Made by a program: the position numbers and the translations under genes
Notes under the pieces: generated by a model
Databases searched by the model: none
What the model saw: only the letters and a program-made list of their open reading frames with translations
Told to the model about the DNA's origin: nothing
IMG/VR virus record: IMGVR_UViG_3300032236_000443
Span: 34,100 to 98,099 of that record
Reading direction: 5' to 3' (one strand)
Length of the DNA stretch: 64,000 bases
Origin: a virus
Shown here: piece by piece, positions 37,128 through 46,375 of the stretch
Numbering within the stretch: position 1 is the stretch's first letter
Layout: every line of letters begins with the position of its first letter

Positions 37128-38190
37128 CTTTCCCTCCTGGCTTTAGGCTACTGCCTTTACAAGGAAAAGTGAAATTTTAGTTGAGTAGGGGAGGTAGGCG
37201 GCATTTTGGCTATCCGCACCCCCCTGGCAACCTGACAACCTGGCAAATTGGCCTTTCGGCTACTGCCTAGGCTGCCACCTCGCAACCATTCCTCTCACCT
37301 GGCTGGTCATATAGCGAAACACGCTTAACTGTGGGGGTGTTGTGCGCTGGAAAATTTTTAGTTATGTCGCTACTTGTTTTAGAAACTTGTATTAGTTGTT
37401 CTATCTACGCACGAAATAGTTATTTATTAATTGTTTGATAGCGAAATTGATAGCGTGATTAAATAACTTTTGGCTACTGCATTTATTTATTCGTTTGTTT
37501 GTATCAGTAACACCAGACTACGACTATCACTTCGGCGTTGTAATCATGTAATAAATCATTATGTATCACTAGTTATTTACATTGTTAATCACTTACTAAA
37601 TACATTGTTATTAACTTGCATTGTGTATCAATAACTATATGAAACACATTCACTATCAATAATCACAATCAATACTTATATCTATCTATATCTATTCTCT
37701 CTATTAGTTATTGATAAACATTCATTATTAAAAGATAAAGGGGGCGTTGCCCCCTTAAACCCCCTGCGCCTTCTATCTATTGTTATGTAATCATATTTAT
37801 TTAATCTTGTTAATTATCTTTTACATTACTTGCGAATTGTTATTGTCCTGCACTTATATTCTTTTACATATATCTATCTTCTTTTACATATATTTTTCGT
37901 ATCTATCATTCGGATTATTTACTTGCCAAATACAAATCCAAATACCTAATACCAACTTGCTATTGTTATTTAATTGTTTTAGTAATGGATAAACATTGAT
38001 AACTTCTTTATCTTTATTATTCATATTCATTCCAATCGCAATAACATTCATTTAGTTTTTTCATTCCGCAATTTTCACACTCTATTGAAAACTCATTCAT
38101 TCCTTCCCCTTCCTACTGGGATTACTCTCTCTTGGCGAAAATTGTGTTAATACCTGCGCTGAAATAGGCGTGAAATACTGCGTGTTGCCG
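37128..38190. other. AT-rich non-coding divergence region with short direct repeats; candidate origin or genome terminus
   Basis: No credible ORFs; CTTTNGGCTACTGC x3; isolated GC-rich hairpin at 37737-37764; gene orientation switches here. Confidence 0.55.
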
Positions 38191-38192
38191 AC

Positions 38193-38222
38193 TTGCATAC
38201 TTGCCCCCTTATGCCCCATAAT
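38193..38222 (+). promoter_or_regulatory. sigma70/SigA-like promoter for the rightward block
   Basis: TTGCAT-N18-CATAAT. Confidence 0.55.
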
Positions 38223-38228
38223 TGAGCC

Positions 38229-38640
38229 ATGCCACCGAGAGGTGCGCTAAGTCCGAAAGAAGTTTGAGATTTATTTACAACTTCATCTCGTTACGAAAAA
38301 TTATTTACGAACGACTTGAAACTAATCTTGAAATTAAAAACTTCTTTACAAAATAACTTTCGGCTCTAAGAATTCTTACGACTTCTTAATGAGTGGCAAC
38401 TTGCCTAAAACATTCTCATTAAGTCGAGGTAATGGAATTCAATAAGTGAAAAAACTTTCAACGACTTTTCGCCGTTGCAGTATCTAGTTACGAAAAATAA
38501 TTTACGAACTACTTACTTCACAACTTGATTACTTGTTGATAGTAAAAACTTATACGCAAAATAATTTACTAAATACTTTTAGTCAATCACTTGCATTAAT
38601 CGTGCAAGTGGTTGGCTATGAGTAGTTAAACAATTACTCA
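38229..38640 (+). ncRNA. putative ~410-nt structured RNA or 5' leader
   Basis: GNRA hairpin, multiple long stems with G-U pairs, two 39-nt stem-loops with compensatory changes. Confidence 0.7.
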
Positions 38641-38668
38641 ACAACAACAACGAAACGGAGTAACAACA

Positions 38669-38914
38669 ATGGCAACTGCAACTACACAACGCAAAACAAA
38701 GTACGAGCGCAATTACGAAAACAATTTGCGTGATGTTGAAATGACTATCAATGTGTTTCGCAAAACTGACAATGTTGAACGCCTTGTTCATATCTTGGCG
38801 CAATCACTTTCGCCAAATGAATTCAGAATGTTGTTCGCAACTGAATTCGCAAATGTTCCACTCACAGTTCGTTATGTTGATGAGAACGGCGTTGAGATTA
38901 AGGAGAACAACTAA
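38669..38914 (+). CDS. hypothetical early protein
   Basis: AACGAAACGGAG RBS. Confidence 0.7.
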   Translation: MATATTQRKTKYERNYENNLRDVEMTINVFRKTDNVERLVHILAQSLSPNEFRMLFATEFANVPLTVRYVDENGVEIKENN

Positions 38915-39114
38915 TGCAATACAACTTCTACAAGTTGTCAAAAGATGAACGCTACGACTTTACATTCGACTTCTTACTTACTTTCAAGAAGTTCTGCTTT
39001 CAACCTATTCACTTATGTATCCAATCTGATGAACTAACAATTTCAATCGGTTGGATATTCGTTCGTGCAACTATCCGCTTAACGAAATGGGGAACAGATG
39101 AAACTAATTCGTAA
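38914..39114 (+). CDS. hypothetical protein
   Basis: TAATG coupling. Confidence 0.55.
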   Translation: MQYNFYKLSKDERYDFTFDFLLTFKKFCFQPIHLCIQSDELTISIGWIFVRATIRLTKWGTDETNS

Positions 39115-39241
39115 CTTCTTTATCACTATCGTTGTTCTTTACATTCTTTACAAGTTGTTTGATGTAACAACACCTCAACAATGCAAAGTGCCAGTTGAAC
39201 AAATGTCACAGTTCTGCAAAGACCTTCTTTATCCTCACTAA
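39098..39241 (+). CDS. 47-aa membrane-anchored protein
   Basis: MKLIRNFFITIVVLYILYKLFDVTTPQQCKVPVEQMSQFCKDLLYPH. Confidence 0.6.
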   Translation: MKLIRNFFITIVVLYILYKLFDVTTPQQCKVPVEQMSQFCKDLLYPH

Positions 39242-39285
39242 CAATCAATTCAATTCATTATCAACTAACGAAACGGAGAATGTAA

Positions 39286-39405
39286 ATGTCAGTATCAAAT
39301 GCAACAATCGCAACAGTAGATGAGAACGGCGTAACACTTCTTATTGATGATGATTACGAAATGAACTTCTTATCTCTTGTATCACTTCTAAGAAAAGGAA
39401 ACTAA
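39286..39405 (+). CDS. 39-aa protein
   Basis: AACGAAACGGAG RBS; MSVSNATIATVDENGV... Confidence 0.5.
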   Translation: MSVSNATIATVDENGVTLLIDDDYEMNFLSLVSLLRKGN

Positions 39406-39408
39406 ATC

Positions 39409-39684
39409 ATGCGAATTAAAATCAATCGCCAAAAGAAGTTAGACCTGCCAAGTAAATTGCAATCGGTGTTTGAGATTAAAGAAGCAATCGCCTTCTTAGA
39501 ACCCGAACGCACAAGTGACGAAGTGAAAGATAAACTGCTATTCATTCTTACGACAATCGCTGATAGCGAGAAGTTGCAGTTGTTATGGAATAGCACCAAC
39601 GCACTTGCCAATAAGAAGGTTGATGAAGTGTCCGACCTTTACTGCAATTTCTTTAGCCAAGACCACACCGACAACAACAACTAA
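39409..39684 (+). CDS. hypothetical protein
   Basis: AAGGA RBS. Confidence 0.6.
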   Translation: MRIKINRQKKLDLPSKLQSVFEIKEAIAFLEPERTSDEVKDKLLFILTTIADSEKLQLLWNSTNALANKKVDEVSDLYCNFFSQDHTDNNN

Positions 39685-39708
39685 CAACGAAACGAAACGG
39701 AGAACTAA

Positions 39709-41028
39709 ATGTCATACGCAATTCTTATTACTGGTGAAACTTCGGTAGCAGATACTCTCGTACAAATTCTTATCGCCAATCACAACGGAAGCAATCACGC
39801 ATGGACACGAACAACAAATGGTGGTCGTGGTGAAGCGAACGCATGGTTCGACAATGACTATGCAGATGTAATTGCAACTGCAAATGTCACACATATTGTT
39901 GGTGAAGTTCTTTCATCACCACTTACTGATGTTGATGTAAGTGCAATCGAGAATGGAGAGCGACCAACAGTTCTCATTCAGAAACTTACAAAGCAGTTTG
40001 GTTTGCGACATAAGAATGTTGATACAAATAAAACTATTGCTGATGTATTAGTTGAGGTTGATACCATTCTAAAGAACAATCCAAATGATTTAGACAAGTA
40101 TCGTTCAGACGGAAGGAAGGATAAAAGCGTGACCGCAACAAAAACTTTCACACCAACAACGCAGACACCTGCACCACTAATCAAAGTAGAACGAGCAGAG
40201 CCAACAAGTGAAGTAATCGGTAACTACTCAATCAATGTACCTACTAAAGAACAAATCGGTCACTACATAGAGCGCACTCTTATCGGTGGCGTTAATGAAG
40301 TGACAATGTATGACACCGCAAAGAAGTTGAAACTCAATGTTCTTTTAGAAGGCGGTGCAGGTAGTGGTAAGACTTCATCACCAATCAACTATGGATACAA
40401 GCGCAATCAAGGCGTTGTTGTTGTATCAATGTCTGCTGGTATCGAAGTCGGTCACTTCGTAGGCAAGACAATCATTAAGAACAATGGAGAAGTCGGTTGG
40501 GTTGATGGCGTACTTGTTCAATCAATGAAGCGTGGTGACATTCTTGTTATTGATGAACTTGATTTCGCAACGCCAAAGATTATGCAACGACTACAAGATG
40601 TTCTTGCTAATCGCACTCTCACACTTGTTGAGAATGAAGGCGAGGTCATTCATGCACACCCCGACTTCCTTGTTGTTGCAACTTACAACAACGGATACCG
40701 AGGTTCGCAGAAGGTCAATCAAGCAGTTCTTGACCGCTTTAAGATTAAGTTGATGTTCGACTATGACAACACAATCGAGAAGCAACTAATCAAATCACCA
40801 ACACTTCTAACTCTCGCAGAACAAATGCGTGCAGACAGTATTGCTGGTATCTATGAAACACCAATCTCACTTCGCTTGTTGCTTGCGTTCCAAGAACTTA
40901 CAAGCGAAATCAACTACGAGTTCGCAGTAGAGAACTTCTTAATGGGCTTTACTACTGATGAACGAGCAAGTGTGAAACTTCTTTTAGAAGCACACCGCTA
41001 CAACTTGGAAGCAGAACTAACAAAGTAA
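39709..41028 (+). CDS. MoxR/CbbQ/CobS-type AAA+ ATPase
   Basis: Walker A GGAGSGKT, Walker B LVIDE, AHPDF.VVATYN, YRG, AVLDRF. Confidence 0.9.
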   Translation: MSYAILITGETSVADTLVQILIANHNGSNHAWTRTTNGGRGEANAWFDNDYADVIATANVTHIVGEVLSSPLTDVDVSAIENGERPTVLIQKLTKQFGLRHKNVDTNKTIADVLVEVDTILKNNPNDLDKYRSDGRKDKSVTATKTFTPTTQTPAPLIKVERAEPTSEVIGNYSINVPTKEQIGHYIERTLIGGVNEVTMYDTAKKLKLNVLLEGGAGSGKTSSPINYGYKRNQGVVVVSMSAGIEVGHFVGKTIIKNNGEVGWVDGVLVQSMKRGDILVIDELDFATPKIMQRLQDVLANRTLTLVENEGEVIHAHPDFLVVATYNNGYRGSQKVNQAVLDRFKIKLMFDYDNTIEKQLIKSPTLLTLAEQMRADSIAGIYETPISLRLLLAFQELTSEINYEFAVENFLMGFTTDERASVKLLLEAHRYNLEAELTK

Positions 41029-41068
41029 TCCGCAACAAAAATTCGCACACCAACTAGAGAGGGAACAA

Positions 41069-43090
41069 ATGACAACAGTAATTCCTAACTTCTTGCAAGA
41101 GAAGTCTGATGTTGCAAAGCAAGCAGAACAACAGAAGCGCAATCGTCTTAATGGACTTGCAAATGTATTCGCTAGAGCCAATAGCGTTCTTACTGGTCGC
41201 AAGGTAAGTGTCAATGTTGTATCCAAGCCCGATTACAAAGCACCTGCTTGGTCTAGCACAACAGAAGTGTGGCTTAATCTTGCAGAGATTAAAGATGACT
41301 TCTCTGCAAGAAGTTTGGTATCTCATCAAGGTCTTAACTTCCATGAGTTGTCACACCTTCTTTACACACCTCGTAATGGTCATGCACTTGTTAAGTGGGT
41401 TAAAGAAAATAACTATTGGGAAGTATTCAATGCGCTAGAGGATAGTCGTATTGAGAACTTGCTAGTTGGTTACCTTCCAACAACTGCAAATTGGCTTACT
41501 GCAACAATCGCTGATTACTTAATGTCAGACCCAAGTGCAATCGAAACTGCATTACCACTTGTTGCTGGTCGTAAGTATCTGCCAATCGAAGTGCAACAAC
41601 TTGCAGTTGATAACTACAAGTTGCCCGAACAAATTGATGAGATTTATTCAATCGTTAATGAATATATCGGATTAATTTTCGAGGGTGGTTCTGCAAGTGC
41701 TGATGATGTTGAGAAGGCAAAGCAGTGCATTATTGACTTCTCAAATCTAATCAATCAACTTCCACCACTTCCAAATAACGGCGGTAGTGGCGAGGGCGAA
41801 GGTGAAGGCGAAGTTACAACAGTTGTCTATCGCATTAAAAACCCTAATGGTCACAACAACCGACCAGTTGAAGGTTGGGAGAGCAGTAGCGCACGCCCTA
41901 AGAAGCGTGCAGACCAAGAGCGTGACCGCAACAATTCGCCAGAGTGCCCACCAAGAGTGAAGCGAAATGTAAAAGTTGTTGATGTTGAAACAGAAGCAGA
42001 CATTCCCGATACTTCTAAAGAAGGTTCATCAACAACACCAAGCAACAACAAATCAGATGACAAGTCAGATGACAATTCAGAAAGCAACGAAGTTGCGTTT
42101 GATGAATTGCAGTTTGATGATACCGAGTTTGATGATGATGACTTCGACTTCGGTGATGATTACTCAGAAGCAGGTTCTAAAGAAGTTGTGGGCAATCAAA
42201 GCGGAACAACTGGTGACAACAATCAAGTCACAGATGTTCTCAATGATGTTCTCAATGATGTTGTTAAAGAACTTGCTAAAGAAGTTAATCAAATTGCAAA
42301 GCAGTTAGGTATATCTATTGACCTTGACGGCGGTAATGCAATCACACCAAAGAAGGCTAGTTACAACGAAGTTAATTGCCCTGCTGATTTAGTTCTACTT
42401 GCTAAGTCATTCGGTAAAGAGTTAGAGCGTTTGCGTGCTAACTACGAACCTGCATGGGAGAACGAGGTTGATACTGGTCGCTTGAATGTCAATCGTTATC
42501 TACAAGGCGAGGACTTCGATACTTGTTTTGATGAGTGGCACGAAGGCAAGTCTGATGTAACTGCAATCGAAGCAGTTATTCTTTTAGACAAGTCGGGTTC
42601 AATGTCGGGTCGTAATGCTGACGAAGCATACAAATCAATGTACGCAATCAAGAAGGCGTTAGAGAATGTCGAAGCACGCACAAGCGTTGTTCTTTTCGAT
42701 TACTCAACAACACTTCTTTATGGTGCAGATGAGAAGGCTGGTACAACAATTCGTGACGGCGGTGCGAGTGGTGGTACTAATCCCGAACAAGCAATTCTCT
42801 ATGCAAAGCGTGTCCTTGCTGAAACCGATAAGCCAATCAAAGTTCTATTCATGATTACTGACGGCGCATGGGATACCAAAGTTGGTGAGGAAGCAATCGT
42901 TGAAATGCGTAACGCTGGTGTTCTTACTTGCCAAGCATACTTATCACAGTATGACGAACGAGCAGAGAGCGTTGAGAGTTATCGCCACTCATTCGAGTTG
43001 CTTACTCAGATTAAGTCTGCAAAAGACATTCTCACACTAGGCAAAGACTTAGTGCGACTTGCAATCAATCGCAATCTAGTAGTTCGCTAA
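41069..43090 (+). CDS. metallopeptidase-like plus VWA domain protein (CobT-like MoxR partner)
   Basis: HELSH, NALEDSRIE, acidic linker, MIDAS DKSGS, GGT, ITDG. Confidence 0.85.
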   Translation: MTTVIPNFLQEKSDVAKQAEQQKRNRLNGLANVFARANSVLTGRKVSVNVVSKPDYKAPAWSSTTEVWLNLAEIKDDFSARSLVSHQGLNFHELSHLLYTPRNGHALVKWVKENNYWEVFNALEDSRIENLLVGYLPTTANWLTATIADYLMSDPSAIETALPLVAGRKYLPIEVQQLAVDNYKLPEQIDEIYSIVNEYIGLIFEGGSASADDVEKAKQCIIDFSNLINQLPPLPNNGGSGEGEGEGEVTTVVYRIKNPNGHNNRPVEGWESSSARPKKRADQERDRNNSPECPPRVKRNVKVVDVETEADIPDTSKEGSSTTPSNNKSDDKSDDNSESNEVAFDELQFDDTEFDDDDFDFGDDYSEAGSKEVVGNQSGTTGDNNQVTDVLNDVLNDVVKELAKEVNQIAKQLGISIDLDGGNAITPKKASYNEVNCPADLVLLAKSFGKELERLRANYEPAWENEVDTGRLNVNRYLQGEDFDTCFDEWHEGKSDVTAIEAVILLDKSGSMSGRNADEAYKSMYAIKKALENVEARTSVVLFDYSTTLLYGADEKAGTTIRDGGASGGTNPEQAILYAKRVLAETDKPIKVLFMITDGAWDTKVGEEAIVEMRNAGVLTCQAYLSQYDERAESVESYRHSFELLTQIKSAKDILTLGKDLVRLAINRNLVVR

Positions 43091-43098
43091 AGAAGTAT

Positions 43099-43126
43099 CG
43101 GGGGCAGATACGGAAGTCTGCCCCCG
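43099..43126. terminator. GC-rich intergenic hairpin with no U-tract on +
   Basis: CGGGGGCAGAT...GTCTGCCCCCG. Confidence 0.5.
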
Positions 43127-43165
43127 CAACAAAAATTATCAATCAATCAAAAGGAGTATTACCAA

Positions 43166-43747
43166 ATGAAACTATCCGAACTCACAGTTGGCACAGAGTA
43201 CGCAATCGTTCCGTCATGGACTTACAACAACAAGTCTGCAAGAGATGTAGATACAGTTCGAGAAAATGATGTAGTCAAAGCAACACTTCTTTCGCTTGAT
43301 AAGTACGAGTACGAGCCAAGCAATCGCAAATACAACGCTAGTGACTTTACTAAAGCACAATCAGGTAATCGTTCAGTTGGTGTCCTTGTCAAAGCAGTTG
43401 ATAACAACGGCAAAGATATTTATTGGACTTCACGACTTGCAGACATTATTGCGCCTTACGCAATTCTTGAACCTAAGTGGTCACAAGCCAAGCAAGCACA
43501 GGCAGACCAAGAGCGTGTATGGCGTGAGCAACAACAGAAGGAATACGAACACCAAAAGAAAATTGAAGCGGAGATAGAACGCTCACGCAATTCAGTAATC
43601 GCAACTTCTAAAGAACTATTAGGCGTTGGCACTTATGTATCAGTTGATACAGAAGGTCGTGGCGTTGATATGAAGGGAATTGTAAAACTATCCCTTACCG
43701 AGTTTGAGGCACTAATCGAAATGGCATACGCAGGAAAGGATAACTAA
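43166..43747 (+). CDS. hypothetical protein
   Basis: AAGGAG RBS; MKLSELTVGTEYA start. Confidence 0.7.
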   Translation: MKLSELTVGTEYAIVPSWTYNNKSARDVDTVRENDVVKATLLSLDKYEYEPSNRKYNASDFTKAQSGNRSVGVLVKAVDNNGKDIYWTSRLADIIAPYAILEPKWSQAKQAQADQERVWREQQQKEYEHQKKIEAEIERSRNSVIATSKELLGVGTYVSVDTEGRGVDMKGIVKLSLTEFEALIEMAYAGKDN

Positions 43748-43915
43748 ATGAAAATTGAACTAACAGATGAGCAGTACGCATTACTCATTCGCTCAGTAGG
43801 TAATGAGAAAATGAAATTACAAAATGGTGGGTTCTTTTCAAGCGCACACTTAGTTAGCAATCTACTTGCACACCTAAAGAACAATGTTGAAAAAGGAGTA
43901 ACAACAAATGGGTAA
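43748..43915 (+). CDS. 55-aa hypothetical protein
   Basis: MKIELTDEQYALL...; fills the gap between neighbours. Confidence 0.55.
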   Translation: MKIELTDEQYALLIRSVGNEKMKLQNGGFFSSAHLVSNLLAHLKNNVEKGVTTNG

Positions 43916-44330
43916 CGAACTACTAGATGTAAATACGAACTATTCATACAAGCCACGCACTTACTACCATGCACTTGCAAGCAACGGCGCACAAGCGGTG
44001 CGTGGTAGCCATGACGATAGATACACGCACGCAGTTGTTATGACTTCGATTAGTTATCCGAACCAACTAAGTTGGGCTACCTTTCATGGAAGCGAACAAC
44101 TTGCCAAGCGACAGATAACTTCTAATCGCAACTATCAAAAGAAGGCTGGAGATAGTCATTACTGGAACAATCGAGAGTGGGAAGTAGTACCACTTGTAAA
44201 GATAACTGCACAACAGTACCGAGCCATAAAGAAGGTTGATAGTAAAGCAAATACAGAATGGACTAAGAAGCAAGTGCAATTCTCAACAGGCTTATTCGTA
44301 GAACAAGAGGGAGAACTATCTAATGTCTAA
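43908..44330 (+). CDS. hypothetical protein
   Basis: AAGGAG RBS. Confidence 0.65.
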   Translation: MGNELLDVNTNYSYKPRTYYHALASNGAQAVRGSHDDRYTHAVVMTSISYPNQLSWATFHGSEQLAKRQITSNRNYQKKAGDSHYWNNREWEVVPLVKITAQQYRAIKKVDSKANTEWTKKQVQFSTGLFVEQEGELSNV

Positions 44331-45051
44331 TACAACAACTCACAGAAAAGGTGGAAGCACAGGTGCTAACGGATACGGAGAATATAAAGTGCGTTACGCA
44401 AGCGATAAGCAAAAGAAGTTTATCGAGCAGTTGCTCGCCACAAAAAATCACAGTTACGACAATCTCAATCTCAACGAACTCAATGTTCAAGGGGCAGGTG
44501 AGATTATCAACGCACTTCTCAGTTGTGATAACAAAGCAGGTGTTGTCACACCACCAACAGAGCGACAAGTATCTTTCGCTCAATCACTAGTAACTTCTAA
44601 AGAAGGTGGGCAGGAGTTACTAGCAAATGTTTTGCAATCAAGAGGCGTTCATTCTTTAGAGCAACTTAGTCGTGGTGATGTATCTGCAATCATTAATTCA
44701 CTAAAGACATACAAGGCTAAAGAAGTACCAATCAAGATTAAAGAAGTTGGTGCGTACTTAGTAGATGAAACTATCTATTCAATTCGCCAAGCACAGGAAA
44801 GCAAGAAGTGGCAAGTGTGGTCTTACAACGCCGAAGCCGAGAAGTATCTACGCAACCCTAAAGAAGTTGAGAAGAATGTTCTTGAAAAGGTAGATGAAGG
44901 CAATCGCTTAACACTTGAACAAGCGATTAAGTATTCTGCACAGACAGGGTTGTGTTGCCATTGTGGTCGCACACTCACAGTATTAAAGAGTGTTGCTGGT
45001 GGTATCGGACCGATATGCGCCAAGCGTTACAAGTCAGTTGCTAGTGTCTAA
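44323..45051 (+). CDS. DUF6011-like zinc-finger protein
   Basis: Two ASDKQ/PTERQ helical repeats; CCHCGRTLT..KSVAGGIGPICA. Confidence 0.75.
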   Translation: MSNTTTHRKGGSTGANGYGEYKVRYASDKQKKFIEQLLATKNHSYDNLNLNELNVQGAGEIINALLSCDNKAGVVTPPTERQVSFAQSLVTSKEGGQELLANVLQSRGVHSLEQLSRGDVSAIINSLKTYKAKEVPIKIKEVGAYLVDETIYSIRQAQESKKWQVWSYNAEAEKYLRNPKEVEKNVLEKVDEGNRLTLEQAIKYSAQTGLCCHCGRTLTVLKSVAGGIGPICAKRYKSVASV

Positions 45052-45062
45052 GGAGTAACCAA

Positions 45063-45404
45063 ATGAAGGCTAAAGAACTTGCTGAAAGATTTTCTGCTAT
45101 GAACCCTAATGATGAAGTGTGGATTTCTTACATTACTAAAGATGATATTGCTGAAAACTTTAGTGAATGTGAATTCACAGATGAGAATGACAACTTAATT
45201 GAAACAGACCAATTCGTTACAGATGATGTCGTTAAAGAAATTGTAAATTCTTTAGACAATGACGATTATCTATGGGAACGATTTAACGAGAACTACACCG
45301 ACACTTGCCGAGAAGTGTTGGCACGACTAATAGATGAAAAGAAAGAAGCCGAGCAAGACACCGACCTATGGGATACAGAAGGAAAACCAAATGACAACAG
45401 TTAA
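45063..45404 (+). CDS. acidic hypothetical protein (DTDLWDT near C-terminus)
   Basis: AAGGAG RBS. Confidence 0.65.
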   Translation: MKAKELAERFSAMNPNDEVWISYITKDDIAENFSECEFTDENDNLIETDQFVTDDVVKEIVNSLDNDDYLWERFNENYTDTCREVLARLIDEKKEAEQDTDLWDTEGKPNDNS

Positions 45405-45972
45405 AACACAAGTAGGAAAAAGAAATCAGAAAACTAAATTGAACCTGCCAAATGAAACGGCAGAACTTCTAAAGAACTTATCAATGGCAGACCGCAAGGC
45501 ATACACAAAGCGGTTGTGTGAAGCAGGTTGGACTTACCAATCAATCGCTGATGTATTTAAGGTGAGCCGACAAGCCATAGAGCAGTACCTAAAGAAGTGT
45601 GATGTTGTTAGTGATGAAGTTCTTGCACTACCAATTCCCGAACTTCCTAGCGAACCTATCTATCGAATGAAGCGATTAGAAGTAAGTGCTGATGTTCTAG
45701 CAGAACTAAAAGAACTTCATGCTAAGGCAAGTTTAGTTAGAGGTAAAAGCCCTAAGTACCGAGCAGAAGCAGAGCAATTCACTAAGTTGGCATGGGAACA
45801 GACACAACAAGGTATAAGCACTTATTCTTTAGCAAAGTCTTTAGGAGTTACACATGGCGCATTGTTATTTAGGTTCGTGCGTTATGGGTACATGACAACA
45901 AATGGCAAATCAAAAGTATTCAGACAACTAACACACCGAGAGGGAACACCAAATGTCAGTAGCGGTAATTGA
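45391..45972 (+). CDS. double helix-turn-helix DNA-binding protein
   Basis: GWTYQSIADVFKVSRQAIEQ and GISTYSLAKSLGVTHGAL. Confidence 0.75.
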   Translation: MTTVKTQVGKRNQKTKLNLPNETAELLKNLSMADRKAYTKRLCEAGWTYQSIADVFKVSRQAIEQYLKKCDVVSDEVLALPIPELPSEPIYRMKRLEVSADVLAELKELHAKASLVRGKSPKYRAEAEQFTKLAWEQTQQGISTYSLAKSLGVTHGALLFRFVRYGYMTTNGKSKVFRQLTHREGTPNVSSGN

Positions 45973-46375
45973 GCAAGCAGAAGTAAAGATAGGTGGTTGG
46001 GAACGAATTGAATTCCATGTTCAACTTCCCGACCTAGAGCAAATCATTATCACCGCAAATCAAGGTGGCTATTACTACGACACCACAACAAGCAGTTGGC
46101 AGACAAAGCAAGACTTAAAGAAGTTTCGTTTGACAGGTTTCGATTACGAACTTGATGAAGGAACTATTAAGTTAAAGACGATTAGGGGTAACTTCTTTAC
46201 CAAAGCAAATCGTGTAGGGGCTAGAGAAGCATGGCTAAGGTTGTTTGACCAAGCAACGCTAGACCAAATCCCCGACACACTTCACGACTACGCAAGAAAT
46301 TACTTCGCTAAAGAAATTAGCACCATGTTGCAAAAGGTAATTGATACAGGGTTGGTGGTGAAGGCAAGTGCCTAA
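45953..46375 (+). CDS. hypothetical protein
   Basis: Coupled ORF. Confidence 0.6.
   Translation: MSVAVIEQAEVKIGGWERIEFHVQLPDLEQIIITANQGGYYYDTTTSSWQTKQDLKKFRLTGFDYELDEGTIKLKTIRGNFFTKANRVGAREAWLRLFDQATLDQIPDTLHDYARNYFAKEISTMLQKVIDTGLVVKASA

Noticed and set aside
37780-37992. 70-aa hydrophobic ORF in the AT-rich region
   Set aside because: TTG start, no RBS, composition simply mirrors low-complexity AT-rich DNA
39709-43090. Cobalamin biosynthesis (cobS/cobT) supporting the B12-dependent RNR
   Set aside because: Generic MoxR/VWA features with an added peptidase motif and no cobN; a chelatase role is unsupported
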